From: an uncultured Planctomycetaceae bacterium
Lineage (GTDB): Bacteria; Planctomycetota; Planctomycetia; Planctomycetales; Planctomycetaceae
Assembly: GCA_963815195.1 (NCBI GenBank)
Contig: CAWFGE010000015.1
Span: 608,001 to 672,000 of the forward strand
DNA: 64,000 nucleotides
Direction: 5' to 3'
In this document: piece after piece, positions 1 to 13,340 of the stretch
Numbering within the stretch: the stretch's first letter is position 1
How the letters are laid out: each line of letters begins with the position of its first letter
Position numbers and translations under genes: made by a program
Notes under the pieces: generated by a model
The model's input: the letters and a program-made list of their open reading frames with translations, nothing else
Databases searched by the model: none
Told to the model about the DNA's origin: nothing

Positions 1-1
1 C

Positions 2-85
2 GGAGCCGACGCGGGTGCCCAGTCGGCGAAGTCGGCCGGCAAAGATGAAGATGTCATCGATGCGGAATACGAAAAGTCCGAGTAA
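2..85 (+). CDS. dnaK: 3' end of chaperone DnaK (partial)
   Basis: Frame 2 reads GADAGAQSAKSAGKDEDVIDAEYEKSE*; DVIDAEY is the typical DnaK C-terminal motif, and clpB follows. Confidence 0.7.
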   Translation, partial: GADAGAQSAKSAGKDEDVIDAEYEKSE

Positions 86-114
86 TTCCGTATCGCGGAA
101 ACGGTCACCAACAG

Positions 115-141
115 AACCCGGTTTCCGAGCCGGGTTTTTTT
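115..141 (+). terminator. Rho-independent terminator
   Basis: AACCCGG-loop-CCGGGTT stem followed by a T run, just after the dnaK stop. Confidence 0.7.
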
Positions 142-155
142 CATGCAGGAACAAA

Positions 156-212
156 GAACCCAAGCCGACGCCTTGGCGTCGGTCACCGACCGCAAGCGGT
201 CGGCTTGGGTTC
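156..212. repeat. Palindromic REP-like element (GAACCCAAGCCGAC...GTCGGCTTGGGTTC)
   Basis: Nested inverted repeats; the arm CGACCGCAAGCGGTCGGCTTGGGT recurs at ~21863-21886. Confidence 0.7.
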
Positions 213-247
213 CGCAATGAGAAACAACGATTGGGGAGCTTAAGCCT

Positions 248-2862
<2,615 letters not shown>

Positions 2863-2900
2863 CCCAAACGCCGACCTTTCATTCCCGAGGAGTTCCGATC

Positions 2901-3227
2901 ATGTTCCACAAATCCAAACTGGACCCATACGAACATCAGTTTCCCCACGACCGCAAAGGCTACGTGCCGGGTCCTGCGGATCACTGGTCGGACATGGACT
3001 TCGAGCACGAAGGCATGGACCCGCACGAAAAAGGAATCTCCGCGGAAGAACAGACCCGGCGGACGCTGTACCTCAACACCGAATGGTGGCCCCAGGTTCT
3101 CGACCGCGTCGCCGAGGAACGCCGGCGTCTCGGAGAAGAACACGGCGAAACCTTCATGTCCCACTGGAAGAACATCGCCCACGAAACCCCCGAAAACCCC
3201 CACGGCTTCGGCGTGGGCGTGGAATAG
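2901..3227 (+). CDS. Hypothetical protein (108 aa, His/Glu-rich)
   Basis: GAGGAG RBS upstream, host-like codon usage, directly downstream of clpB. Confidence 0.6.
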   Translation: MFHKSKLDPYEHQFPHDRKGYVPGPADHWSDMDFEHEGMDPHEKGISAEEQTRRTLYLNTEWWPQVLDRVAEERRRLGEEHGETFMSHWKNIAHETPENPHGFGVGVE

Positions 3228-3383
3228 CGCCGCGATCAAGCAGAGCAGGGCAGCGGCACGGACAAAATCATGATTTTGTGAAGCATGATTTTCTTATTGG
3301 GCACTGGATGTGCAATAAAGCGTGTATAGATAATTCTGAGAAGAATAAGGCGGATATGCTTTAAATCCGAAAGGCGACGACCT

Positions 3384-5074
3384 CTAGTCGCTAGTCAGTG
3401 CAAGAATCTCTTGCTCGACATATTTACGGAAAGTAACAACATCAGTGAAGAAGCGGTAGCCAGCCTGATTCGCAGCTTTTTCGATCTCTGGACCTTCCTC
3501 GATGAGTAAGGCAACCGGTTGGCTCAATCCTTCCTGGAGTCCATTGGTCCAAGCAAGATCTAAGTATCCGAATACCTCACCGTTGTTTTTATCGACCAAT
3601 TCGATCGAACGTTCTCCCTCAGGTAATCCTTGAGCAACGACCCAAGCGTTTGTTTCATTTAGAATCGTTTGTTCGTCATCATCAGTGATCGCTACAGCAG
3701 GTTTTTCTGCCGGCTGATAAAGGACGGATACTTCCGACGAAGGAGGCACGGCCCCGGCGCAAAGTTTTTCTAAAAACTCGTTTGCAGCGTTGGCAAGCAG
3801 TTTTCGTCTCTCAGCCAGGAAGTCGAGATACTTTTCGAGTTTCCAAAGTTTCGGATCCATAGGTATCCAATGAGTTTCAAGCACACCCGGTTGCTTTTCG
3901 TTGTAATGAGGTAGGTATTTCCCCGGATTTTTATTAGAGACTTCGAGATTTGTTTCCTGAGTTAGGAATGTGAAATTTGCAATCGCATTCACCTCTCTCC
4001 GTTTATATCCTTGTTTATACAGGAGGGACTTTGGAAAGATATGGTGAATTTGCAAACTAGCCAAATGACCAAGTAAGTGAGCTGTCAACTCATCACCGGT
4101 GCCCCAGTCTCGTGAATGGCATACTCGCGTCATCAAATACAACAAAGGATAAAATCTGTTTCCAACGCTCGATCCGCGAAAATCTTCTTCTGTCAGACGC
4201 AAGTCGCCACGCATGACACGAAGTTCAGCAATCAAGTTTTCTAGTGCGTTTCCCGGTCCCTTTGTTGACGCATTCTCAATCAATTCCAAGTCTCGGTTTA
4301 GGGTAGACTCCACAGTTGAAGAATATCTGCCCCATAAGAGAGTATGAACGTACCAAAAAAGGAGCTTGTCTCTTTCCTTCGGATCACTAATTTTCCCCCG
4401 CTGCGTCAGGTAGCGAACCAAAATCGGAAAGGCACCACGACTTCCGAGGACGCGGTCATGATCCAATCCGAGTCGATTGGCGACAGTATTGAGTAGCTTA
4501 TCAACGCGTTTCTCAGATTCTTCAAGGCTAGTACGAAAGTCATCTGTGGTTACACCTTTAAGTGCAGTGAAGAGAGCTTCGCCCGTAAGATTGGCATTCA
4601 CGACTCGCAAGAGCCAATCGAGACGGAAATGAAACCCGGCATTTGACCATTTGGAAAGCCGGTTTTTCATCTCTGCTCTCGCATTAGGCCATTCGCGCAG
4701 ATTTTGGCTAAAGCGAGGTCACCCTTGGAGAGTTTGGTACCACCACTATTCACTCGATTGAAGATGTCCACGACCACATCGACGGTTTTGTCTTCCCCAT
4801 CGTGAGGCGTCCTGGAAAGTCGGTATTTCGCGGCTAATTCTGGAAAGCGTTTGACGGGCAATACGCTGTGAGCGGTTGTGGCATCGAGAGCAGTTTTAGA
4901 AGGCAGGTGAAAATTATTCCTTCTCGAGGGCCAAAAACCAATCTTCCTTGCAATGGATTGCTTCTTATCGAACGATAGCATCATACGTTGTTTGATCTCG
5001 GTCCTAATACCCGTTGGATTCACGCAAACCATAGACCCCAAGTCGATTTGCTCAAGAATGGTGCCAATTTTCAT
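3384..5074 (-). pseudogene. GmrSD-like (DUF262/DUF1524) restriction protein remnant
   Basis: Starts MKIGTILEQIDLGSM; retains IFNRVNSGGTKLS and the HNH-type QIHHIFPK...IANFTFL; lacks the DUF262 core (no PEFQR or DGQQR); frameshift near 4690; lower GC than the flanks. Confidence 0.7.
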
Positions 5075-5126
5075 GGTGTTCCTTTTTGTTTGAGTAAGCG
5101 GGGTAGTCGTAGCAATGTAAAGGAGT

Positions 5127-5201
5127 TTATTGTAACAGCCAGGCGAGAACGGTATCAACCTCTTGTTCCGCTTGCCTCGTAAGTTTGACCTGGTAGCTCA
5201 T
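5127..5201 (-). pseudogene. Truncated ParE/RelE-like toxin (24 codons)
   Basis: ATGA overlap with the upstream ORF stop; reads MSYQVKLTRQAEQEVDTVLAWLLQ*, which resembles a ParE N-terminus. Confidence 0.55.
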
Positions 5202-5437
5202 TCCGACTCAATGCCATATTTCTGACGCAATTCCTCCATCACTTCCTCGGCGGGGCGGTGATGGCCGGCATTCACGTCGGCGAGGCCTTTGCAAATCGCG
5301 GCGTTGATGCTATCCCTGTCGCGAAGGGACTCCCACTCGATCACGACGTCATCGAAGGAGATCTCCGCGGAGGAATTCCGGATCCGCTGGGAAGCGAATT
5401 GGTGAAAATCATCAAGCTCTTGTTGCGTCACAGTCAT
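5198..5437 (-). CDS. Putative type II antitoxin
   Basis: 79 aa and acidic, with a C-terminal AICKGLADVNAG..RPAEEVMEELR pattern seen in ParE-linked antitoxins; translationally coupled to the toxin-like remnant. Confidence 0.6.
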   Translation of the reverse strand: MTVTQQELDDFHQFASQRIRNSSAEISFDDVVIEWESLRDRDSINAAICKGLADVNAGHHRPAEEVMEELRQKYGIESE

Positions 5438-5631
5438 TTCGCGATTCTCCGAAAGGTGCCCATTTTCTTTGCAGGATTTCCATCTCCCATTATGAAAAGC
5501 AAAGGGGCAGAATGAAACTTTGCACCGCAGTTTCGGTTCTGTTGGCGGAAGTGGTCAAATTCCATTGGAATCTGTTATCATCTCACGGAAACCACCGCAT
5601 TGGATGCTCCTCTTTCAATGGGAATCAGACC

Positions 5632-6456
5632 GTGAGAGTCTTGCCAGCCATCTTTGCACAAATTGGTTTTGCGTTGACCGCCGGGATCGGCACGAGTTGG
5701 GCCGAGGAACTTGCCGTTGTCAAACCGTTGCCGCTGGCGCATGCGCACAATGACTATCTGCACGATCGGCCGCTTTTGGATGCGCTCTCGCACGGGTTTA
5801 CCAGCGTCGAGGCGGATGTTTTTCTGGTGGATGGGAAGCTCTTGGTCGGGCATACGCGGAATGAACTCAAGACCGGGCGGACTTTGGAGGCGCTGTATCT
5901 CGATCCGCTTCGCCGGCGGGTGCGCGATGGGGCAGTGCGGGTTTATCCCGGAGGCGGGCGGTTTCATCTGTTGATCGACATTAAGACCGCGGCCGAGCCG
6001 ACCTATGCGGCGATTGCGAAAGTCCTCGCGCGGTATGACGACATGATCTCGGTCGTCGAGGGCGGCAAGCTGGGACCAAAAGCCGTGGATGTCACGATTT
6101 CCGGCAATCGGCCCCAAGAAACGATGGCGGCCGAAGCGGTGCGGTACGCGGGCATCGATGGGCGGCTCGGCGATTTGGAGTCGAAAATGCCGAGCCATTT
6201 GATGCCCTTGATCAGCGACAATTGGAGCTTGCATTTTAAGTGGCGGGGCAAAGGGCCCATCAGCGAAGCCGAGCGGCACGAGTTGGAAGACATCGTGAAG
6301 CAGGCTCACGCGCGGGGCCGGCGGGTGCGGTTTTGGGCGACGGCCGATACCATCGCCATGTGGCGGGTGCTGCGAACGGCGGACGTGGACATGATTAACA
6401 CGGACGACCTCGCAGGCCTCGAAAAGTTTCTCCGCAGTGAAGCCGAGAAGGACTAA
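5632..6456 (+). CDS. PI-PLC/glycerophosphodiester phosphodiesterase-like (AIM6-like) protein
   Basis: AHAHNDY, SVEADV, LLIDIK and INTDDL motifs; signal-peptide-like N-terminus; start uncertain (ORF is open from 5512). Confidence 0.8.
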   Translation: MRVLPAIFAQIGFALTAGIGTSWAEELAVVKPLPLAHAHNDYLHDRPLLDALSHGFTSVEADVFLVDGKLLVGHTRNELKTGRTLEALYLDPLRRRVRDGAVRVYPGGGRFHLLIDIKTAAEPTYAAIAKVLARYDDMISVVEGGKLGPKAVDVTISGNRPQETMAAEAVRYAGIDGRLGDLESKMPSHLMPLISDNWSLHFKWRGKGPISEAERHELEDIVKQAHARGRRVRFWATADTIAMWRVLRTADVDMINTDDLAGLEKFLRSEAEKD

Positions 6457-6483
6457 GAATGGTCCGGTTGTTTCCAAGAACCG

Positions 6484-6534
6484 GGGCGGTGCCCCCCTGC
6501 GGGCGGTGCCCCCCTGCGGGCGGTGCCCCCCTGC
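6484..6534. repeat. 17-bp tandem repeat x3 (GGGCGGTGCCCCCCTGC)
   Basis: Three exact units read directly; the context resembles the CCGGGGC...CTGCGGCTAA arm at ~29615. Confidence 0.9.
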
Positions 6535-6566
6535 GGCTAATGAATGCCAGGTGAGGAACCTTTTCG

Positions 6567-7445
6567 ATGGTTGAACCCGCTCCGCAATCCGATCCGGGAC
6601 CGCTCGAGAACTTGGAGCAATGGGAAGAAGATCTGCTTCGGCGTTACCCCGAACCGGCGGCCAATTCCCATAAAGCCAAAGAGCAGTTCCGCGACTACCG
6701 GTCCGAGGCTCGGCCGGAGGTCAAGGAATTCTATCGGCTGCATCACAAATACCAGACGGTCGAGTTCGTTCGCGCCAAGCGGGCGGATTATCTAAAGCGC
6801 GACAAACGCAAGATGGGCCTCTGGGACGGGCTGGAGTTTTTGAACACGCTGATGGACGACAGCGATCCGGACACATCGCTCCCGCAGATCGAGCATTTGC
6901 TGCAAACGGCCGAGGCCATCCGCCGGGACGGGCATCCGCGGTGGTTTATTCTGACGGGGCTGATTCACGACTTCGGCAAGGTGCTCTGCTTGTTCGGCGA
7001 GCCGCAGTGGGCCGTGGTCGGCGATACGTTTCCAGTGGGGTGCGCCTATTCGGACAAGATCGTGTTCTCCGAGTTCCTCGACGAGAATCCCGACAGCCGG
7101 GTCCCGAAGTATCAGACGCAGTGCGGCATCTATGAGGAAGGCTGCGGGCTCGACAACGTTCTCATGTCGTGGGGGCATGACGAGTACATGTATCACATCG
7201 TCAAGGATTACCTGCCGGCGGAAGCGCTTTATATGATCCGCTATCACTCCTTCTACCCGGCTCACCGCGACGGGGCCTATGCCCATCTGATGGACGACCG
7301 CGACCGCAAATACTTCCCCGCGGTGAGGGCGTTCAATCCGTACGATCTCTACACGAAAAGTGCCGAGCGCCCGGACATCAGCGAACTGCGGCATTATTAC
7401 GAGGTCCTGTGGGCCGAGTTCCTGCCGCGGGAACTGGAGTTTTAG
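6567..7445 (+). CDS. myo-inositol oxygenase (MIOX) family protein
   Basis: [45 protein letters not shown] and RYHSFYP motifs. Confidence 0.9.
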   Translation: MVEPAPQSDPGPLENLEQWEEDLLRRYPEPAANSHKAKEQFRDYRSEARPEVKEFYRLHHKYQTVEFVRAKRADYLKRDKRKMGLWDGLEFLNTLMDDSDPDTSLPQIEHLLQTAEAIRRDGHPRWFILTGLIHDFGKVLCLFGEPQWAVVGDTFPVGCAYSDKIVFSEFLDENPDSRVPKYQTQCGIYEEGCGLDNVLMSWGHDEYMYHIVKDYLPAEALYMIRYHSFYPAHRDGAYAHLMDDRDRKYFPAVRAFNPYDLYTKSAERPDISELRHYYEVLWAEFLPRELEF

Positions 7446-7550
7446 TCTCGTGGCACCCACGCGGGTTCATCGAATGCCGATTTTCTGCTCGATGAGGCCC
7501 CGGCCATGTGCCGATTGCTGAAGCGGCGGGGTTCATCGCGGGCCGTTATC

Positions 7551-7579
7551 TTGACACAGAGTTCAAATCAACGAATAAT
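7551..7579 (+). promoter_or_regulatory. Possible sigma70-type promoter
   Basis: TTGACA-N17-AATAAT in intergenic DNA. Confidence 0.4.
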
Positions 7580-8118
7580 GATCTAAGTAAAGCGGGAGTT
7601 CTCTTTTCAAGAGTTTGAACGCATGTTTCGGAAAGGGTTTGTTGTTTTCGGGCTGTTGAGCTTCGGTCTCTATGGGGTGGCGGGGTGCTGGATTCACCAG
7701 GCCGACCACCGATTGGGCGAATGTTGCTGCCGGCCCCCACTCCGGCGGGTTTTGCAAATGCGCTTTTCGTGGGCGGAAACCCGGACGAACATTCGAACGC
7801 CCCTCTCAACAAAATCCATTGCGCCTGGCTCGACGATGTGGAAAAGTCGTCCCAGTTCGCGTGCGACTGCTCGGAAGCGCCCGGCTATTTTGTTTCCGCG
7901 AGCGGTGCCTCGACGAGCCTGCAATCCCGCGCGAGAAACGGCAAAGCGACGCGGCAACACGCTTCCGTGGGCCTTTACGGTTTTCTGTCCGTGTGGTTGA
8001 CGTAATCCGCCGGCGAATGTCTTCTCCGCCGGATTTCTTCCGTCAAACGGAATCGAGCCTTTGGTGCATCGGTTTCTCGCCCCACCTAAAACATCCCACA
8101 TGGAAAGGGACTCAAAGC

Positions 8119-8661
8119 ATGCTTAAAAAACTGATGATCGTTGGAATGATGTTGGCCGTCGTTTGTCTCTCGGCCGGCGAAAGCCAAGCCCGTGGACGGC
8201 GAGGGGGGTCTTCCATGCGCCGGCGAATGCAGATGGTCCAAAAATACATGCAGGCCTACCAGCAGCAGATGATGCTCCGGCAGCAGGCGATCGCGAAACA
8301 GCAGGCGGCCGAGTTGGAGCGCCGCCGGCAGGCCTCCCAGGCCCAGCATCAAAAAGAAGCCGAAGCCCGCGAGCGCCGCAAAGACGCGTATCTGAAGCTC
8401 AAGCACGAACGCCAGCAGGAAGACGGGGCCGACGGCGTCAAACCGGGCCGTGCCGAGGCCATCTTTAAGAACTACGACAAAAACAACGATGAGGTGTTGA
8501 CGCTCGAAGAGGTGGGCAAGAGCCCGCTTTCGCTGGCCTTCAAAGACGCGGACAGCGACAAAAACGGCAAGCTGACTCTCAAAGAGCTCAAAGACTTCAA
8601 CAAAGCCGAAGCCGCCCCGCCGGTCCCGGAAGCCTCGGTCAAAAAGCTGGGAGGAAAGTGA
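8119..8661 (+). CDS. Secreted EF-hand domain protein
   Basis: Signal peptide MLKKLMIVG..., Gln-rich coiled coil, EF-hand loops DKNNDEVLTLEE and DSDKNGKLTLKE. Confidence 0.75.
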   Translation: MLKKLMIVGMMLAVVCLSAGESQARGRRGGSSMRRRMQMVQKYMQAYQQQMMLRQQAIAKQQAAELERRRQASQAQHQKEAEARERRKDAYLKLKHERQQEDGADGVKPGRAEAIFKNYDKNNDEVLTLEEVGKSPLSLAFKDADSDKNGKLTLKELKDFNKAEAAPPVPEASVKKLGGK

Positions 8662-8920
8662 TTCCTCGCCGGAAAGCGAATGAGGCCGACTTCACATTTC
8701 GCCATTGCTTCAAGCCCGTTCCGCGACGACCCTGGCGGAGCGGAGCTTATCGCTTTGTCGGGTCTGCCCGATTCCCGCGCACAGGACGGGGGTTTGGGCT
8801 GGGAAATGGTGCAAAAGCAAGAGCGGTTCCGATAGGAATCGGCTTAAAAACAAGGCGTTTTTCGCCGGCTAACCGAACATAACGGACATTATCGGACGTT
8901 GCCCCACGCTCGCCCAAAGG

Positions 8921-9947
8921 TCACGAGGCGGCTCGGCCGTTTTTGGGGGCGGCTTCGGCGGGAAGAGTTTCCGTGGCCTGTTCGATCGCGGCTTCCTCGA
9001 AGACGCCGATGCGGCGGAACTTTTCGTAGCGGCGGTCCAGGAGTTCCTCTTTGGGCACGCCGGCGAGCTCTTTGAGGGCATGGAGCACGGAGCCTTTGAG
9101 CGTCGTCGCCATCGCGCGGTGGTCGCGGTGGGCGGCACCCAACGGTTCGGGAATGATTTCATCGATCACGCCGAGTTCCAAGAGATACTTCGACGTGAAC
9201 TTCAAAGCGCGGGCGGCGAGGTCGGCGTGCTTGACGTGCTTCCACAAAATCCCCGCGCAGCCTTCGGGACTGATGACCGAGTAGTAGGCGAACTGCAAGA
9301 CCGCGACGTGATCGCCGATGCCGATGCCCAGCGCCCCGCCGGACCCGCCTTCGCCGATGACGACGCAGACAATGGGCGTTTTGAGCAGGGACATCTCGCG
9401 GAGGTTGTAGGCGATCGCGAAGTCTTGGCCGCGCTCCTCGGCCCCGATGCCCGGGTACGCGCCGGGGGTGTCGATCAGGCAGACGATCGGCAGGCCGAAC
9501 TTGGCGGCCATCTGCATCTTGCCGAGCGCCTTGCGGTAGCCCTCGGGATGGGCGCAGCCGAAGTAGCACTCGTTGCGCTCTTTGAGCGTCCGGCCTTTGC
9601 TCTGGGCGACGAGCATGACCTTCTGGTCTTCGAGCTTGGCGAAGCCGGTCATAATGGCCCGGTCGTCGCCGAACGTCTTATCGCCGTGGAGTTCGACGAA
9701 CTCGTCGAACATCAGTTCGATGTAGTCGAGCGTTTGCGGGCGTTCGAGATGCCTGGCGACTTTGACGATGTCCCACGGATCGAGGTTCTCGAAAATCTCC
9801 CGCTTCATCCGCGTGATCTCGACGCGCATTTTGCGGATGGCGTCTTTGGTGTTGGCGGTGGGATGGGGTTGGGCTTCGAGTTCTTCGAGCTGGCGTTCGA
9901 GTTCATAAATGGGCCGCTCGAACGGGAGATGGTGCGCCAGCCGACAT
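8921..9947 (-). CDS. accA: Acetyl-CoA carboxylase carboxyltransferase alpha subunit (apparent frameshift close to the start)
   Basis: LPFERPIYELE, PEGYRKA, IDTPGAYPGIGAEERGQ, GEGGSGGAL, SVISPEGCA. Confidence 0.95.
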
Positions 9948-10064
9948 GCGTGGTCCGTTGTCAGTGGTCTGTTGTCAGTGGGTCCGGTGTCCTTCGCTTG
10001 TATCTTCTTGGGCTGATTGATGCAAGACGAAGAGGATTCCGGGTCTTGCCTTCCGCCGGCTGCT

Positions 10065-11547
10065 TCAGAGCACGTCGGGCAGTTCGTCCATTTCCATCAG
10101 GGGCAGGTCTTCTTCCTGTTTCTTTTCCGGCGGCTTGGGGGCCGGTTGTTTGGGCGGCGGCGAAGACGCGGCCGGTTGCTGTTGCGGCGGGGCGGGCTGG
10201 GGGCCGGGGCTTTGTTGCGGTTGGGGGGCCGGCTGCTGTGGGCGGGGTTGTTGTTGGGGTTGTTGTTGGGGCATGCCTTGGGGTTGTTGCGGAGCATAGC
10301 CCGGCGGCATCGGCCCGCCCGGATAATAACCCGGCGGCGGTTGTTGCATGGGATAACCCGGCGGCGGCTGCATGCCCGGTGGGTATCCATAGCCGGCGCC
10401 GGGATATTGAGGATAGGGGGCATAGCCCGGCGGCGGCGGTCCCTGCGGTCCGTAGCCCTGCCCCATCGCCGGCTGACCGGCGGACGGGTTCTGGTGCTGT
10501 TGAGGAGTCGGCTGCGGTTGCCGGGGCGGGGCGGGCTTTGGTTTGGGTTTTGATTTTGGGCTGGCGGGTTTGGGCGGAGCATTCAAACCCGCTTCGCTCC
10601 GCTGATGGTCGCGGCGGCTGTTGATTCGATCCGAAGCTCCCAGCGCATCCATCTCGGCACGCTTCCGTTCGTCCTGAAACTTGGCGTCCAACTCGCGGGT
10701 CTTCCTTGAAGACTTTGAGCGAACGAAACTCCGCGTAGACCTCTTCCATGGTCTTGTGCCGTTTGGCGGGTTTCTTCTCCAACAATCGGGCCACGAGCCG
10801 ATCCATCTCGGGCGTGACGTTGCGGTTGATCGAGGAGACTTCCGGAGCCCTCTCCTGCACGTGCATCCGCAACAGCTCGTTCGGCGACATGCCGCGGAAC
10901 GGAGGGCCGCCCGTGAGCATCTCAAACACCGTGATCCCCAGGCTGTACATGTCCGTCTGGAATGTCGGGGCTTTTTTCAATAACGTTTCCGGGGCAATGT
11001 AGGTCCGCGTGCCCTGCACGGCTTTGGTGCGGCTGCCGATCAGTTTTCCGAGGCCGCCCGCCGCCCGCACCGCCAGCGAAAAATCGATGAGCCGAAGTTC
11101 GCCCGCTTTGTTCGCCAGGATGTTTTCGGGCTTGATGTCTTTGTGGACCCAGCCTTTTTCGTGCATGTATCCAAGCGCGAGACACAGGCTCTCGAATACC
11201 CCGCGGAACCGGGAATGCAACCCGACCCGGTCGCTTTGGATTTGGGTTTTGATGTTCGGCGCGCGGAAGTAATCCATCACGATATAGGAGTACTTCTTCG
11301 TGAAAGACACCTTGTGCACCTTGATGATGCTCGGATGGTCGAGCGCTTTTCCGACCTTGCCTTCGTGTTTGAGCACCTGCTTGGCGTCGGGATGCGATTC
11401 CAGCGATTCGGGGATCAAGAGCTTCATGCACAACGCCTGCGAGCTGCCGCCCGCGTCGGCCACTTCCAAGACCTCGCTCGTGTTTCCGTGGGCGATTTCG
11501 CTGATAATCTTGTAGCCGTCGATAGTCTGTTGTTCGCCGTCGGACAC
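10065..11547 (-). CDS. Ser/Thr protein kinase with a Pro/Gln-rich C-terminal tail (frameshift near 10700)
   Basis: HKDIKPENIL, IDFSLA, GTRTYIAPE, DMYSLG; the tail continues in ORF 10065..10925. Confidence 0.9.
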
Positions 11548-11788
11548 AATGTTCTCCTGCCGGTCTGGGCGGTTGGACGGAATTCTTCACACTTTATTAT
11601 AGCGACCGGGCCGCGGGTTTCGCAGGGAAAATCTTCCAAGCCGTCCCTTTCCCGGCCGCTCTTCTCCCCCTCTCGCTTGTGAGGCTGTGGGGATTTTGGG
11701 ATGATCGTTCCAGCGACATTCCGTCCCACCGAACGTCCCGTTTGCAGTCGCTGGCAGCGGGAACCCTCCCACATAAGGTGTCTTCTCG

Positions 11789-13150
11789 ATGACGACCCCC
11801 CTGCCCTTTTTGTTGCTCCCTTTGTGCGCGGCGTTTGCCGACGGCTCCGCGCTCGAACTTCGCTATCGGGGTTCCCTGGAGCACGTCTCCCGCAAAGACG
11901 CCAACGCCGAGGTCAAACAGTTCGATCTCTACTGCCTGATGCAAAACCGGGACGGCGGATCGAAAATCGCGTTTCTCGTGGACGAGCGCGGAGGCGGCGG
12001 TTGGGCCTGGCCCGAACGCTTCGGCGAATTGGTCCTCAACGAAAGACACCAACCGGCCACGGCCGCTCGAATCCGATTGCTCCACGACCACGAAGGCGTG
12101 AACTATCCCCTGCCCCTCCGCCAGCCGATCTTCGAATATCCCGACAAACTCGGCGCCGACGCCACCTGGACCGCCGACAAAAAACGCTACGAAGTCCAAA
12201 GACTCACCAAGCAGAAGGACCGTTCCTGCTGGGAAGTCGATGTGTTCACGAACATCGGCAAGCGGGAAACTCTGTGGATCGAAGAAGACACCGGCCTCGT
12301 CGTCGCGGTGAAAACCAAACTCACGATGGGCCGGGGCGATCCGTTTGAACTGTTGATGGAACTCGATTCGGCGAGCGACGTCGCGGCCGAGAAACTCCCG
12401 GGGATTCAAAAAGCCCTCGCCGGGTTGCTCAAGCTGCAAGCGGATCTCAAACGCCGGGAGAACGCGACCAAACCGGAACTCAGCAAAGAGCAGCTCGCCA
12501 CGACCGCCGAGGCTTTGGAGACGCTCGCCAAGGATGCCGCCGAGACGCCGTTTCGCCAGTTGGTCAGCGTCATCAGCCGCGATCTGAAATTGCAAACCCA
12601 GCGGGACGACGATGTGGACGCCCTCGCCAAACGCATCGTCGGCAAAGACGCCCCGGAGTTTTCCTTCGAAGACTTAAACGGCAAGACGGTCGCCTCCAAG
12701 GATCTCGCCGGGCAGATTGTCGTCCTGCACTTCTGGAAATACCACGACAACCCGCTGACCGAACCCTACGGCCAGGTGGCCTATCTGGATTTTCTCTTTA
12801 ACAAGCGGCAGAAGCTTGGCGTGAGCGTCGTCGGCGTGGCCGTTGATCCCCGCACCGACCAAGCCGGCGAAGTCAGCCAGGCCAAGCGCGACTTCCGCAA
12901 GTTTCGCGACTTCATGAACCTGAGCTACCCCATCACCTTGAACTCCGGCACGCTCCTCAAAACCCTGGGCGACCCCCGCGACGCCCAAGCCCCCCTGCCC
13001 TTGTGGGTCGTCATCGACCACCACGGCAAGGTCGCGCATTACAAGTCCGGCTACTACGAAATCAACCCGGACAAAGGCCTCGAAGAACTCGACGCGGTGC
13101 TCATCCCGCTGATCCGCCAAAGAAGAGCCGAAGCCAGCAAAACAAATTAA
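11789..13150 (+). CDS. Secreted protein with a C-terminal TlpA/redoxin-like domain
   Basis: Signal peptide; GKDAPEFSFEDLNGK...GQIVVLHFW, but no CxxC motif. Confidence 0.75.
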   Translation: MTTPLPFLLLPLCAAFADGSALELRYRGSLEHVSRKDANAEVKQFDLYCLMQNRDGGSKIAFLVDERGGGGWAWPERFGELVLNERHQPATAARIRLLHDHEGVNYPLPLRQPIFEYPDKLGADATWTADKKRYEVQRLTKQKDRSCWEVDVFTNIGKRETLWIEEDTGLVVAVKTKLTMGRGDPFELLMELDSASDVAAEKLPGIQKALAGLLKLQADLKRRENATKPELSKEQLATTAEALETLAKDAAETPFRQLVSVISRDLKLQTQRDDDVDALAKRIVGKDAPEFSFEDLNGKTVASKDLAGQIVVLHFWKYHDNPLTEPYGQVAYLDFLFNKRQKLGVSVVGVAVDPRTDQAGEVSQAKRDFRKFRDFMNLSYPITLNSGTLLKTLGDPRDAQAPLPLWVVIDHHGKVAHYKSGYYEINPDKGLEELDAVLIPLIRQRRAEASKTN

Positions 13151-13159
13151 GGCTGTTTT

Positions 13160-13340
13160 GTGAGCGGCACGGCGCTAGCCGCCGGCAAAGTGAGCGGCAC
13201 GGCGCTAGCCGCCGGCAAAGTGAGCGGCACGGCGCTAGCCGCCGGCAAAGTGAGCGGCACGGCGCTAGCCGCCGGCAAAGTGAGCGGCACGGCGCTAGCC
13301 GCCGGCAAAGTGAGCGGCACGGCGCGTAGCCGCCGGCAGA
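13160..13340. repeat. 30-bp tandem repeat x6 (GTGAGCGGCACGGCGCTAGCCGCCGGCAAA), an amplified REP-like arm
   Basis: Five exact units and one variant; single copies at 25928, 40623 and 48467. Confidence 0.95.

Noticed and set aside
9954..9981. Short heptamer-type repeat TCCGTTG-TCAGTGG-TCTGTTG-TCAGTGG
   Set aside because: Only two 14-bp units; too short to assign any function.
13160..13340. Possible CRISPR array
   Set aside because: The units are contiguous with no spacers, there are no cas genes, and the unit matches a dispersed REP arm.
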